Assembly (NCBI GenBank): GCA_016870475.1
Contig: VGBO01000004.1
Span: 4,144-68,143, forward strand
Reading direction: 5' to 3'
Source of the DNA: Actinomycetota bacterium
GTDB taxonomy: Bacteria > Actinomycetota > Acidimicrobiia > Acidimicrobiales > CAIXPF01
DNA length: 64,000 bases
Position numbers and translations under genes: made by a program. Positions 45,588-54,568 of this stretch are shown here, piece after piece. Under the pieces are notes generated by a model. It was not told the origin of the DNA. It saw only the letters and a list, made by a program, of their open reading frames with translations, and did no database searches. Each line of letters begins with the position of its first letter. The stretch's first letter is position 1.

Positions 45588-46580
45588 GTGGACGTGCTGA
45601 TGACCGAGACCGCCTACGCCGCGTTCGCCGCCGACGTGCGAGCCGTCAATCCGATGATCGGCCTCCTCGCCATGGACCGGGACGGGACGATCCGGCGTGA
45701 CGCCGCCGGTGCACCGCTCGACTGGGACGACGCGCACCCCGAGGTGATCTGGAGCACCTACGACCTGTTCCCGGACCAGGGTGTCCGCCGCTTCTACGGG
45801 TTCGCCGGTCGCTGCGGGTCGCTGCGCTGGTTCGCGTCGGCCGCGGCGGGGTTCGAGACGCCGTTCTACGCCGGGCTGATCGATCGTGGGGTTCGGCTGA
45901 CGACCGGCCACGGGACGCGTGTGGCGATCGCCGAGTTCGTGCTGCGTGCGGTGCTCGACGCCTTCCAGGACGCCGGTGCCTGGCGGCGCCTGCAGGCGGA
46001 GCGGCGGTGGGAACGGGCGCCGTTCGCGTTCCGGGAGGTCGACGGTTCTCGTTGGCTGGTGTGGGGGATGGGCCACATCGGCGGGGAGGTCGCCCGTCGG
46101 GCCCGGGCGCTCGGCGCCGAGGTGGTCGGCGTGCGCCGGACGCCTCGTGGGGACGAACCCGTCGACGTCCTGTGCACCCCGCAGGAGGCGACGGACCGGA
46201 TCGGCTGGGCGGACGTCGTCGTGCTGACGGCGGCGTCGAACGCGTCGACCGCCCGGTTGGTCGACGCCGGGTTCCTGGCGGCGATGCGACCCGACGCGGT
46301 GCTGGTCAACATCGCCCGCGGTGATCTCGTCGACGAGGAGGCGTTGGTGGCCTCCCTCGATGCCGGCCGTCCCGGAACGGCGGTGCTCGACGTGTTCGCC
46401 ACCGAACCGCTCCCGGCGGAGAGCCCGCTGTGGGGTCACCCCCGTGTGGTGGTGTCGCCGCACGAGGCGGGGGCGAGCCGGGAGGCGAACCGCCGGTTCG
46501 CTCCGGAGTTCTGCGAGAACCTGGGCCGCTACCTCGCCGGTCTGCCGCTCGTCGACGAGCGGACCGCAGCGGACCTCTGA
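45588..46580 (+). CDS. D-isomer-specific 2-hydroxyacid dehydrogenase family, NAD-binding
   Basis: WLVWGMGHIGGEVARRARALGAEVVGV (Rossmann fold), LVNIARGDLVDEEAL, VLDVFATEPLP, VVVSPHEAG. The start is GTG 45588 or ATG 45600. Confidence 0.8.
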   Translation: MDVLMTETAYAAFAADVRAVNPMIGLLAMDRDGTIRRDAAGAPLDWDDAHPEVIWSTYDLFPDQGVRRFYGFAGRCGSLRWFASAAAGFETPFYAGLIDRGVRLTTGHGTRVAIAEFVLRAVLDAFQDAGAWRRLQAERRWERAPFAFREVDGSRWLVWGMGHIGGEVARRARALGAEVVGVRRTPRGDEPVDVLCTPQEATDRIGWADVVVLTAASNASTARLVDAGFLAAMRPDAVLVNIARGDLVDEEALVASLDAGRPGTAVLDVFATEPLPAESPLWGHPRVVVSPHEAGASREANRRFAPEFCENLGRYLAGLPLVDERTAADL

Positions 46581-46590
46581 GGCAGCCCGG

Positions 46591-48375
46591 TCAGAGCCGG
46601 CCGGCGTCGCGGGCGGCCTGTTCCGCCGCGTCGAGGAGCTCTTCGACGATGCGGAGCCCGCCGTCCCAGAACCCGGGGTCGTCGAGGTCGCAGCCGACGA
46701 TGCGGGCGAGCTCGGTCGGGGGGAGCGACCCGCCCGCGGCGAGCAGGTCGAGGTAGCGGGGCACGAAGTCCGGCCCGGTCTCCGTCGCCCGGCGGTACAC
46801 GGCGAGGGCGAGGAGTTGCCCGTAGGCGTACGCGTACACGTAGCCGGGGGTCGAGATGAAGTGCGGGATGTAGCTCCACCACGTGCGGTAGCCGTCGGTG
46901 ATCCGGACGGCGTCGCCGAGCATCTCCGCCTGGGTCCGCTCCCAGTGGTCGCCGAAGTCGTCGACGGAGAGCTCGCCGACCTCCCGTCGGTGGGTGTGGA
47001 CGGCGTCCTCGAACCGGTGCATCGCGGTCTGGCGGAACACGGTCGCGATCGCCCCCTCGATCTGTTCGGCGAGGAGCGCGAGCCGGTCCGTCGGGTCGGT
47101 CGTGCGTTCGAGCAGTCGGGCGAAGGTGATCGTCTCGCCGAACACCGAGGCGGTCTCGGCGAGGGTCAGCGGGGTCGACTGGTGGAACACGCCCTGGGGT
47201 CGGGCGAGATGCGCGTGCACGCCGTGACCGAGCTCGTGGGCGAGGGTGAGGACGTCGCGCCGGGTTCCCGTCCAGTTGAGCAGGACGTAGGGGTGGTGGG
47301 AGGGCACGGTGTAGGCGCAGAACGCGCCGGGTCGCTTGGCCGGTCGGACGGGGGCGTCGATCCAGTCGCCCGCGAAGAACAGGCTCGCCACGTCGGCGAG
47401 CTCGGGGGAGAATCCGCGGTAGGCCTCGAGCACGATGTCCCGGGCGTTGTCCCAGCGATAGGTGGGTGTCGTGGTGGCGACCGACGCCATGCGGTCGTGG
47501 TCGGCGAGCCGGTCGACCCCGAGGATGGTCGCCTTGAGGCGGTACCACCGGCGGGGGAGGTCGTAGCGGGCGACGACGGCGTCGACGAGCGCGTCGACGG
47601 ACGCGTCGGTGGTCTCGTTGTGGAGGTTCCGGGCGGACAGCCACGTCGGGTAGGCGCGGAGGCGGTCGTCGACCGCCTTGTCGAGCAACAGGGTGTTGAA
47701 GACGAACGCCCGGGTGCGCAGGCCCGGGGCGAGGCCGGCGGTCACCGCCTCGGCGACCTCGCGGCGTGTGCCGGCGTCGGGGTGGGCGAGGAGGGCGAGT
47801 CCCTCCTCGAGCCGGACGGTCCGGTCGGGCAGGGGGACCTCGATCGCCGCGCACAGCTCACCGAACAGGCGGCTCCAGGCGGTCGCCCCGGTCTGGGTCT
47901 TCTCGGCGTCGAGGCGTTCCTCAGCCTCGGCGAGCTGGTGTGGCCGGTAGCGGCGCTGGGACCGCAGGTGGTGGGCGCAGAAGGCGAGCGCCGGGTCGGC
48001 GAGGAGCGCCTCGGCCCGGTCGTCGTCGACGGCCGCCCACTCGAGGTCGAGGAAGATAAGCCGCGTCCAGATCGCGATGGACCGTTCCTGCACGCGGGCC
48101 ACGAGGGCGCCGCGGGTCGGGTCGGCGGTGTCGGTCGCGAAGCGGAGGTGGGCGTAGTTGCCGGCCCGCCCGAGGTGGTCCTGGAGCGCGGCGAGGTCTC
48201 CCATGGCCCGGGCGAGCTCGGCCGCCCCGAGGCTGGCGACGCGGCCGCGGACGGCTTCGACGGCGCTGGCCAGCGTGTCGGCCCGGTCGAGCAGGGTGTC
48301 GACGTCGGCGCCGTCGAGCAGCGGGTCGAGGTCCCAGGCGACCTCGTCGGCCGTGGTGTCCGTCGTCGTGGTCAT
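46591..48375 (-). CDS. pepF: M3-family oligoendopeptidase (PepF-like)
   Basis: ATG 48375 gives MTTTTDTTADEVAWDLDPLL... The zinc motif TLAHELGHGVH ... ETASVFGE is present. Length is 594 aa. Confidence 0.9.
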   Translation of the reverse strand: MTTTTDTTADEVAWDLDPLLDGADVDTLLDRADTLASAVEAVRGRVASLGAAELARAMGDLAALQDHLGRAGNYAHLRFATDTADPTRGALVARVQERSIAIWTRLIFLDLEWAAVDDDRAEALLADPALAFCAHHLRSQRRYRPHQLAEAEERLDAEKTQTGATAWSRLFGELCAAIEVPLPDRTVRLEEGLALLAHPDAGTRREVAEAVTAGLAPGLRTRAFVFNTLLLDKAVDDRLRAYPTWLSARNLHNETTDASVDALVDAVVARYDLPRRWYRLKATILGVDRLADHDRMASVATTTPTYRWDNARDIVLEAYRGFSPELADVASLFFAGDWIDAPVRPAKRPGAFCAYTVPSHHPYVLLNWTGTRRDVLTLAHELGHGVHAHLARPQGVFHQSTPLTLAETASVFGETITFARLLERTTDPTDRLALLAEQIEGAIATVFRQTAMHRFEDAVHTHRREVGELSVDDFGDHWERTQAEMLGDAVRITDGYRTWWSYIPHFISTPGYVYAYAYGQLLALAVYRRATETGPDFVPRYLDLLAAGGSLPPTELARIVGCDLDDPGFWDGGLRIVEELLDAAEQAARDAGRL

Positions 48376-48381
48376 GGGGTC

Positions 48382-48387
48382 ACGGTA
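48382..48387 (-). promoter_or_regulatory. -10-like TACCGT, 6 nt upstream of the pepF ATG (leaderless-type)
   Basis: Minus strand reads TACCGT gacccc ATG. Confidence 0.4.
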
Positions 48388-48441
48388 CCGGCGGCTCGCC
48401 CGCCGGGAGGAGGCGGAGCGCCGCACCGGTGCCCGGACGCG

Positions 48442-48477
48442 GCACGACCCGGGCAGGGGGGGATGCCCGGGTCGTGC
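48442..48477 (-). terminator. perfect 14-bp hairpin downstream of the small zinc-ribbon gene (no U-tract)
   Basis: GCACGACCCGGGCA (48442-48455) pairs with TGCCCGGGTCGTGC (48464-48477) across a G-rich loop. It lies 34 nt after the stop at 48511. Confidence 0.4.
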
Positions 48478-48510
48478 ATTCGGCTGCCTGTCGGCGGCCG
48501 GGGGGGGGGA

Positions 48511-48666
48511 TCAGGAGCGGGCGCGAGCCCGGCGGCGCTCCTCAGCGCAGGCGGAGCACTCGTCCGCTACGGCGATGCCCTTGGCGGTGACGTACTGCAC
48601 CGTCGGCTGGCCGCAGGCGCAGAGCCTGGCGAGCGGGCGTGACTTCCGGAGGATGGTGGTGGGCAT
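48511..48666 (-). CDS. small (51 aa) basic Cys-rich zinc-ribbon-like protein, function unknown
   Basis: ATG 48666 is preceded by AAGGAG (48680-48675, 8-nt spacer) and its own promoter. The sequence is MPTTILRKSRPLARLCACGQPTVQYVTAKGIAVADECSACAEERRRARARS (CxC...CxxC). Confidence 0.6.
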   Translation of the reverse strand: MPTTILRKSRPLARLCACGQPTVQYVTAKGIAVADECSACAEERRRARARS

Positions 48667-48703
48667 CCGCTTCACTCCTTTGTGAAGGTTCGAACGTAAA
48701 GTT

Positions 48704-48732
48704 ACTCTACCGGAAAGTGAATGAGCGCACAA
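48704..48732 (-). promoter_or_regulatory. promoter TTGTGC-17 nt-TAGAGT for the small zinc-ribbon gene
   Basis: On the minus strand, -35 TTGTGC is at 48732-48727 and -10 TAGAGT at 48709-48704, with an exact 17-nt spacer. The region is lower in GC. Confidence 0.5.
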
Positions 48733-48795
48733 GGGCATTCGCGATGACATCCGTCACCCGGCAGCCCGACGACAGGGTACCCGCCGCCCCGGGCG

Positions 48796-48801
48796 TACAG
48801 T
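48796..48801 (+). promoter_or_regulatory. -10-like TACAGT, 7 nt upstream of the cobU GTG (leaderless-type)
   Basis: Read directly: TACAGT caccgtc GTG. Confidence 0.4.
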
Positions 48802-48808
48802 CACCGTC

Positions 48809-49324
48809 GTGCTGGTGCTCGTCCTCGGGGGAACCCGATCGGGGAAGTCGGAGCTCGCCGAGCGCTGGGCCGGCACCGCTGGACCGGTGACCTACCTCGC
48901 GACCGGCAGCGCCTCCGACGCCGGCATGGCCGACCGCATCGCCCGGCACCGGGACCGCCGGCCGGCGTCGTGGACCACGGTCGAGGCCGGCGCCGACCTC
49001 GCGGCCGCACTCGACGCCGTTCCGTCGACCGACACGGTGCTCGTGGACGCGCTCGGCACCTGGGTCGCCGCGCACCCGGACTTCCGGGTCGCCGTCGACC
49101 CGCTGGTCGTCGCGCTGCGCCGTCGCCGTGGCCTCACCGTCGTGGTGTCCGACGAGGTCGGGCTCGGCGTGCACCCCTCGAGCGAGCTCGGCGTCCGGTT
49201 CCGCGACGTGCTCGGCGCGGTCAACCGCGCCGTGGCCGACGCCGCCGATCGGGCCGTCCTCGTGGTCGCCGGCCGGGTCCTCGACCTCGCACCCGCGCCA
49301 CCGGCGCCACACCTCCCGTCGTGA
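48809..49324 (+). CDS. cobU: adenosylcobinamide kinase / adenosylcobinamide-phosphate guanylyltransferase
   Basis: GTG 48809 gives (M)LVLVLGGTRSGKSELAE (P-loop), then IARHRDRRP, LVDALGTW and VVSDEVGLGVHP. Confidence 0.9.
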   Translation: MLVLVLGGTRSGKSELAERWAGTAGPVTYLATGSASDAGMADRIARHRDRRPASWTTVEAGADLAAALDAVPSTDTVLVDALGTWVAAHPDFRVAVDPLVVALRRRRGLTVVVSDEVGLGVHPSSELGVRFRDVLGAVNRAVADAADRAVLVVAGRVLDLAPAPPAPHLPS

Positions 49325-50067
49325 ACGCCCGACGCCCCGCAGCCGGACCGCGCGCCGCCGTCGGGTTCCTGACCGTGCTCGGCGGTGCCGCCCCGCTCGG
49401 CCCGGCGGCGCTCGCCTGGTTCGGGGTCGTCGGCGCCCTCCTCGGCGCGGCGGTCGGCGGCGCGCGCTGGGGTCTCGACGGGGCAACCGGACCGCTGCTC
49501 GCCGCAGCACTCGCGGTCGGCCTCGACCTCGCCCTCACCGGGCTCCTCCACGTCGACGGCCTCGCCGACACTGCGGACGGGCTGCTGCCGCCGCTCCCCC
49601 GGGACCGGCGCCTCGAGGTCATGCGCCGCCCCGACGTCGGAGCGTTCGGGGTCGCCGTCATCGTCGGCGTCCTGCTGGTGCGCTGGAGCGCGTTCGCCTC
49701 ACTCGCACCGACCACCACCACGATCGCCGGGGTGGCCGCGGTGTGGGCGGCGACCCGGGCCGCCATGGTCGCCGTCCTCCTCAACCGACCCCATGCCCGC
49801 CCCGACGGGGGCCTGCCCGCACGGTTCGGTACCGCTCGGCGCGGGGCGACGCTCGTCGCCGGGGCGGTGCCCGTCGTGCTGTGCGCGACGCTCGGCGGCG
49901 TCGGCGGGGTCGCAGCGGTCGCTGCGGCGCTGCTGACCGCGGTCCTCGTCGTCGCCGGGGCGCAGCGGAAGATCGGCGGCTACACGGGTGACGTGCTCGG
50001 CGCGCTCGGGGTCCTCGGCGAGACGGCGGGTCTCGTCGCGCTCGTCGTCTGGCAGCGTGTCGGCTGA
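49321..50067 (+). CDS. cobS: adenosylcobinamide-GDP ribazoletransferase (cobalamin synthase)
   Basis: GTG 49321 overlaps the cobU stop (GTGA). The product is a polytopic membrane protein with LHVDGLADTADGL and GGYTGDVLGA motifs. Confidence 0.85.
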   Translation: MNARRPAAGPRAAVGFLTVLGGAAPLGPAALAWFGVVGALLGAAVGGARWGLDGATGPLLAAALAVGLDLALTGLLHVDGLADTADGLLPPLPRDRRLEVMRRPDVGAFGVAVIVGVLLVRWSAFASLAPTTTTIAGVAAVWAATRAAMVAVLLNRPHARPDGGLPARFGTARRGATLVAGAVPVVLCATLGGVGGVAAVAAALLTAVLVVAGAQRKIGGYTGDVLGALGVLGETAGLVALVVWQRVG

Positions 50068-50082
50068 GCGTTCCGCCGGGGG

Positions 50083-50796
50083 TCAGGACGACCGCTCGTA
50101 CGCCCAGCCGGCGGCGTCCATGATGAGCCGGTGCCGGGGGCCCGGGGCGTCGACGTCGCCGCTGCCGTAGGCGACGTCCGGCTCCCACACGATCATGCGG
50201 ATCCCGTCGTCGCCCTTGCGTCCGACCCGGGTGACGAACTCCTCCACGGGCGCTGCGGCGAGGTCTGCGAGGGCGGCGTCGACGTCGGTGAACCCGGCGA
50301 GCCGGTGCAGCGTCACCCACGTCGGGGGGATGAGCTCGATCTCGCCCGCGTCTCGTCGGACGAGCGCGTCGGCAGGGCGGATCCACGCATGGTCGTGGAT
50401 CTCGCCGCCGTCGATGGTGACCTCGTGCGACGCCGGCGCCGCGGCGACGAAGAACCACGTGTCGAAGCGCTTCGGTGCCTCCGGCGGCGGGCACCAGCGC
50501 GACAGCACGACGAAACCGTCGGCGTCGAGATCGATCGCGGCCTCCTCGGCGGCCTCGCGCACCGCGGCGTTGCGCGCCGCGGCGAGCTGGTCGTGCGGGG
50601 CGTCGGGGTCGACGTCCTCGGGATCGACTCGTCCACCCGGGAACACCCACGCGCCGCCGGCGAACGCGAGCGCCGAGTTCCGTCGCAGCATCAGCACCTC
50701 GAGACCGGTCGCACCGTCGCGGAGGAGGATCACGGTCGCAGCGGGAACGGCGTCGTCGGGGCCGGTGGGAGCGTTCATCGGCAGAGTCAACACCAC
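50083..50796 (-). CDS. NUDIX-family hydrolase
   Basis: 237-aa ORF: VFPGGRVDPED...VREAAEEAAI (Nudix box with an insertion). The start may be 50796 or the MNAPTG Met. Confidence 0.75.
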   Translation of the reverse strand: MVLTLPMNAPTGPDDAVPAATVILLRDGATGLEVLMLRRNSALAFAGGAWVFPGGRVDPEDVDPDAPHDQLAAARNAAVREAAEEAAIDLDADGFVVLSRWCPPPEAPKRFDTWFFVAAAPASHEVTIDGGEIHDHAWIRPADALVRRDAGEIELIPPTWVTLHRLAGFTDVDAALADLAAAPVEEFVTRVGRKGDDGIRMIVWEPDVAYGSGDVDAPGPRHRLIMDAAGWAYERSS

Positions 50797-50827
50797 CGCG
50801 CCTGCGACGCACGCGACCCCGGGTGGC

Positions 50828-51544
50828 TCATCGCCCGGCGGCGGCGACGACGAGGTCGGCGAACCGGGCGGCGCTGAGCTCGCCGGAGGCCCGTGCCACG
50901 ACCTTGCCCTGGGCGTCGATCGCGACGAAGGACGGGAACGACGACGCGCCGGTCGCCCGGAAGGCGCTGCCGGTGGCGTCGTCGGCGATGGTCTGGACGA
51001 ACCACCCCTCCTCGGTCAGCCACGACGCCGGCGGGTAGTTGCCGCGGCTGCGATCGACGGCCGTCGAGATCGCGTACACGTCGACGAGCGAGGCCCGGGG
51101 GTCCCGGCCCAGCCAGTCGGCGACGACGGGGACCTCGCGCTGGCAGTGCGGGCACCAGTGCGCGACGACCATCACGATCTTCGGCCGACCGTCGTTCGCG
51201 ATGGTCACCGGCAGGCCGCTCGCCACGTCCTGGCCTCTGATCTCGGGGAAGGCCAGCCCCTTCGCCCGGTCGGCGCCGCTCTCGGGGAACGCGGGCAGCG
51301 ACGCCCCGACGACACGCACGGTGCCGACCGCGACCCCGCCGGCGGACGCGCCCGAGGTGCTGACCGCGCCGTCGCCCGATGCCGTGGTCGGCCGGGTGGT
51401 CTGCGTCGGGGACGCGGTGTCGTCCTCCCCGCCACCGGTCAGCAGCGCCACCGCAGCCGCGGCGACGACGAGGCCCACGACGATGGCGACGATGCCGGGG
51501 ACCGCCGAGCGGCGACGCTTCGAGGACGGTGCAGGCGAGCTCAT
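50828..51544 (-). CDS. TlpA/ResA-like membrane-anchored thiol:disulfide oxidoreductase (redoxin)
   Basis: N-terminal TM anchor, Thr/Ser-rich linker, and a thioredoxin fold with the WCPHC motif. ATG 51544 overlaps the DsbB-like stop (ATGA). Confidence 0.85.
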   Translation of the reverse strand: MSSPAPSSKRRRSAVPGIVAIVVGLVVAAAAVALLTGGGEDDTASPTQTTRPTTASGDGAVSTSGASAGGVAVGTVRVVGASLPAFPESGADRAKGLAFPEIRGQDVASGLPVTIANDGRPKIVMVVAHWCPHCQREVPVVADWLGRDPRASLVDVYAISTAVDRSRGNYPPASWLTEEGWFVQTIADDATGSAFRATGASSFPSFVAIDAQGKVVARASGELSAARFADLVVAAAGR

Positions 51545-52101
51545 GGGACGGGTACCTCCGAGGTGGTCGCAGGAACGGCGGTTCGGGTCGGACGGCCGGC
51601 GAGGAACAGGGCGACGACGGTGACGAACCCGGCGAGGGCCATCATCGGGATGGTCACGAACCCGAGGGCGGTGACCTCACGGACCGTGCACGGTGCCGCG
51701 GCGTCGCAGGACGAGGACTGGTCGGGGAACGCCTGGAGCTGCACGTGGTACACCGACACCGCGGCCCCGAGGACGGCGAGCGGCACGGCATAGCGGCCCA
51801 CCGTCCGGTCGCCACGGACCGCGGCGATGGGCAGGACGACGGCGAGCGGGTACATGGCGATCCGCTGGTACCAGCACAACTCGCAGGGCACGAACCCGGC
51901 GATCTCGGAGTAGTAGAGGCTGCCGGCTGTGGCGGCGACCGCGACCGCCGCGGCGAGCCACGGTGCGACCCGGGCGACGTCGGCCCGGACGGTGGCGGGG
52001 CCCGGGCCGGGCAGCAGCCGAAGCGCGGTGATCGCCACCGAACCGCCCACGGCGACGATTGCGAGGAGCGCCAGGAACTTGCTCGTGGTCGCGACATCCA
52101 T
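51541..52101 (-). CDS. disulfide bond formation protein, DsbB/BdbC family
   Basis: 186-aa 4-TM protein with CELCWYQR in the first loop and a second Cys pair (SSCDAAAPC). Confidence 0.8.
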   Translation of the reverse strand: MDVATTSKFLALLAIVAVGGSVAITALRLLPGPGPATVRADVARVAPWLAAAVAVAATAGSLYYSEIAGFVPCELCWYQRIAMYPLAVVLPIAAVRGDRTVGRYAVPLAVLGAAVSVYHVQLQAFPDQSSSCDAAAPCTVREVTALGFVTIPMMALAGFVTVVALFLAGRPTRTAVPATTSEVPVP

Positions 52102-52110
52102 CGGACCGAG

Positions 52111-52116
52111 AGCCTA
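52111..52116 (-). promoter_or_regulatory. -10-like TAGGCT, 9 nt upstream of the DsbB-like ATG
   Basis: Minus strand reads TAGGCT ctcggtccg ATG. Confidence 0.35.
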
Positions 52117-52155
52117 CGGGGGTGCCCTCCGGCAGCGGGTGCCGCCGGTCGGCGG

Positions 52156-52161
52156 TAGGGT
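52156..52161 (+). promoter_or_regulatory. -10-like TAGGGT, 6 nt upstream of the HpcH aldolase ATG (leaderless-type)
   Basis: Read directly: TAGGGT ccgccc ATG. Confidence 0.4.
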
Positions 52162-52167
52162 CCGCCC

Positions 52168-52959
52168 ATGCAGAACGCACTGAAGGCGAAGTGGCGGGCC
52201 GGGGAACCGACCTTCGGTGCGTGGCTCGCGATCCCGAGCCCGCTCGTCGCCGAGGCGACCGCCCACGCCGGGTTCGACTACGTCTGCATCGACCTCCAGC
52301 ACGGCGCGGCCGACTACCAGGCAGCGATCGCGATGCTCGCCGCGATGCGTGGTGCCGACACGACCCCCATCGTCCGGGTGCCGTGGAACGAGTTCGGGAT
52401 CATCGGCCGCATGCTCGACGCAGGGGCGATGGGGATCGTCGTCCCGATGGTGAACAGCGTCGAGGAGGCCCGGGCGGCGACCGCCGCGTGCCGATACGCG
52501 CCCGACGGTGCGCGCAGCTACGGACCGGTGCGGGCGTCGCTCGAGCACGGCGCCGAGTACTACGAGGCGGCGAACCGTGAGATCGCCTGCATCCCGATGA
52601 TCGAGACCCGTCAGGCCGTCGAACGCCTCGACGACATCCTCGCCGTCCCCGGCATCGACGCCGTCTACGTCGGCCCTGCCGACCTGTCCATCACCTATGG
52701 GTTGCCGCCCGCCGTCGACAACCCGGGCACCGTCTTCGACGACGCGATCGCCACGGTCGTCGCTGCCTGCCGGGTGCGCGGGATCACCCCGGGCATCCAC
52801 TCCGTCGCCGGACTCGCCGCCAAGCGCGTCGGGCGCGGGTTCGGGATGGTGACGATCACCTCCGACCTCGGGAACCTCACCGGCTCCTACCGTGCCGACC
52901 TGCGTACGGCGCACGCGGGCACCGCGGCGACGCCCGACGGTCCGGCGACCGGGTACTGA
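52168..52959 (+). CDS. HpcH/HpaI-family aldolase
   Basis: 263-aa ORF: GAWLAIPSPLVAEATAHAGFDYVCIDLQHG...IVRVPWNE...MIETRQAVERLDDILAVPGIDAVYVGPADLS. Confidence 0.88.
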   Translation: MQNALKAKWRAGEPTFGAWLAIPSPLVAEATAHAGFDYVCIDLQHGAADYQAAIAMLAAMRGADTTPIVRVPWNEFGIIGRMLDAGAMGIVVPMVNSVEEARAATAACRYAPDGARSYGPVRASLEHGAEYYEAANREIACIPMIETRQAVERLDDILAVPGIDAVYVGPADLSITYGLPPAVDNPGTVFDDAIATVVAACRVRGITPGIHSVAGLAAKRVGRGFGMVTITSDLGNLTGSYRADLRTAHAGTAATPDGPATGY

Positions 52960-52973
52960 CCGGTCGACGCAGG

Positions 52974-53606
52974 ATGGCCGAGGGAGCGTCGGGCGGGCGT
53001 TGCTGGTGGTGCGGCGACGACCCCACCTACGTCGCGTACCACGACGAGGAGTGGGGCCGACCCGTCGTCGACGACCGGCGGCTGTTCGAGAAGCTGTGCC
53101 TCGAGGGGTTCCAGGCCGGGCTGTCGTGGTTGACGATCCTGCGGAAGCGCCCGGCCTTCCGGGCGGCGTTCGCCGACTTCGACCCGAACGTCGTCGCCCG
53201 GTTCGGTGTCCGTGACGTCGAGCGCCTGCTCGGCGACGCCGGCATCGTCCGTCATCGCGGCAAGATCGAGGCGACCGTCACGAACGCCGGCAGGGCGCTC
53301 GAGTTGATCGAGGAGGTCGGCTCGCTCGCGGCGTACGTCTGGTCGTTCGAACCGGCGCCGTCGGGACGGCCTCCCCGTCTCGACCGGTCCACGCTCGCCG
53401 GGCTCGGGACGTCGCCGGCGTCGGTGGCGCTGTCGGCCGATCTCCGTCGTCGCGGGTGGCGCTTCGTCGGACCGACGACCGTGTACGCGTTCCTGCAGTC
53501 GATGGGGGTCGTGAACGACCACGTCGAGGGGTGCCCGTCCCGTCCGGTCGTCGAGGCGATGCGCGACGCGCTCCATCGACCCGGTCTGCGGGAGACCCGC
53601 CGATGA
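52974..53606 (+). CDS. tag: DNA-3-methyladenine glycosylase I
   Basis: RCWWCGDDPTYVAYHDEEWGRPVVDDRRLFEKLCLEGFQAGLSWLTIL...YAFLQSMGVVNDH. Confidence 0.9.
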   Translation: MAEGASGGRCWWCGDDPTYVAYHDEEWGRPVVDDRRLFEKLCLEGFQAGLSWLTILRKRPAFRAAFADFDPNVVARFGVRDVERLLGDAGIVRHRGKIEATVTNAGRALELIEEVGSLAAYVWSFEPAPSGRPPRLDRSTLAGLGTSPASVALSADLRRRGWRFVGPTTVYAFLQSMGVVNDHVEGCPSRPVVEAMRDALHRPGLRETRR

Positions 53607-54535
53607 GCTCGTCCGATCTCGCAGCGACGACGGAGCAGCGCCGTGTCGGTCTCGGCGCCGCCGCCGTGCTCGTCGCCACCGTGTGCTGGAGCTTCGGCGG
53701 GGTCATCGCCGTGGCGATCGACGCCCCGGGCGTCGTGACGTCCTTCTACCGCCTGTGGATGGGCAGCGTGTTCCTCGTCGCCATCGGCGCCGCGACCAGG
53801 CGGCTGCCGACGTGGCGCGAGCTCCGGCAGGTCGCACCGTCCGGCGCACTGTTCGGACTGAACCTCTGCCTGTTCTTCACGGCGCTGAACTACACGACCG
53901 TCGCGAACGCCATCATCGTGGGGGCACTCACCCCGGTGTTGATGCTGCCCATCGCCGCCCGGCTGCTCGGGGAGCGCCTCGACGCCGTGAAGATCGGCTG
54001 CGCGCTCGTCGCCGTCGGCGGGGTCGTGTTCGCCGTGCTCACCGCGCCGGGGGGTGGCGAGTCGGGTGGTCGGTCCCTGCGCGGTGACCTCCTGGCGGTC
54101 GGCTCGCTGCTGCTGTGGATCGGCTTCCTCACCTCGGCGAAGCGGGTGCGGGCGCAGGTCGGCACCCTGCAGTTCCTGACCGCAACGACGATCAGCGCGG
54201 CGGTCGCGGTCACACCCCTCGCCGTCTTCGGACCCTACGACCTCGGCGTGCTCGAGGGGACCGACTGGCCGTTGCTCGTCGCGCTCACCGTCGTGCCGGG
54301 CATGGTGGGGCACGGGCTGATCGCCTGGGCGCAGCGCCACATCGACGCGACGGTGTCGTCGGTGCTCATGCAGGGCGAGCCGGTCGGCGGGACGATCCTC
54401 GCCGCGGTGCTGCTCGGCCAGGCGATGTCGGTGCTGCAGGGTTTCGCGATGGCGATCGTCGTCGGTGCGCTCGCCGTCCTCGCTGCGGCCGGTCGGCGCC
54501 GGGCGGGACCGCTCGAGGAGCCGGCGTCCACCTGA
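53603..54535 (+). CDS. EamA/DMT-family transporter
   Basis: ATG 53603 overlaps the tag stop (ATGA). The product is a 310-aa, 10-TM-type protein. Confidence 0.85.
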   Translation: MSSSDLAATTEQRRVGLGAAAVLVATVCWSFGGVIAVAIDAPGVVTSFYRLWMGSVFLVAIGAATRRLPTWRELRQVAPSGALFGLNLCLFFTALNYTTVANAIIVGALTPVLMLPIAARLLGERLDAVKIGCALVAVGGVVFAVLTAPGGGESGGRSLRGDLLAVGSLLLWIGFLTSAKRVRAQVGTLQFLTATTISAAVAVTPLAVFGPYDLGVLEGTDWPLLVALTVVPGMVGHGLIAWAQRHIDATVSSVLMQGEPVGGTILAAVLLGQAMSVLQGFAMAIVVGALAVLAAAGRRRAGPLEEPAST

Positions 54536-54556
54536 GCGCACAGTCGCCGCCGGCCC

Positions 54557-54562
54557 TACGCT
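54557..54562 (+). promoter_or_regulatory. -10-like TACGCT, 6 nt upstream of the msrA ATG (leaderless-type)
   Basis: Read directly: TACGCT cggccc ATG. Confidence 0.4.
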
Positions 54563-54568
54563 CGGCCC

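Noticed and set aside
48687-48695. GGTTCGAAC, resembling a tRNA T-loop
   Set aside because: The flanking bases cannot form a T-stem or the rest of a cloverleaf. The sequence lies in the leader of the small zinc-ribbon gene.
48667-48808. Possible cobalamin riboswitch upstream of cobU/cobS
   Set aside because: The 142-nt gap is mostly taken up by the divergent promoter and leader of the small zinc-ribbon gene. I saw no B12-box-like element. A -10 hexamer lies 7 nt before the cobU GTG.
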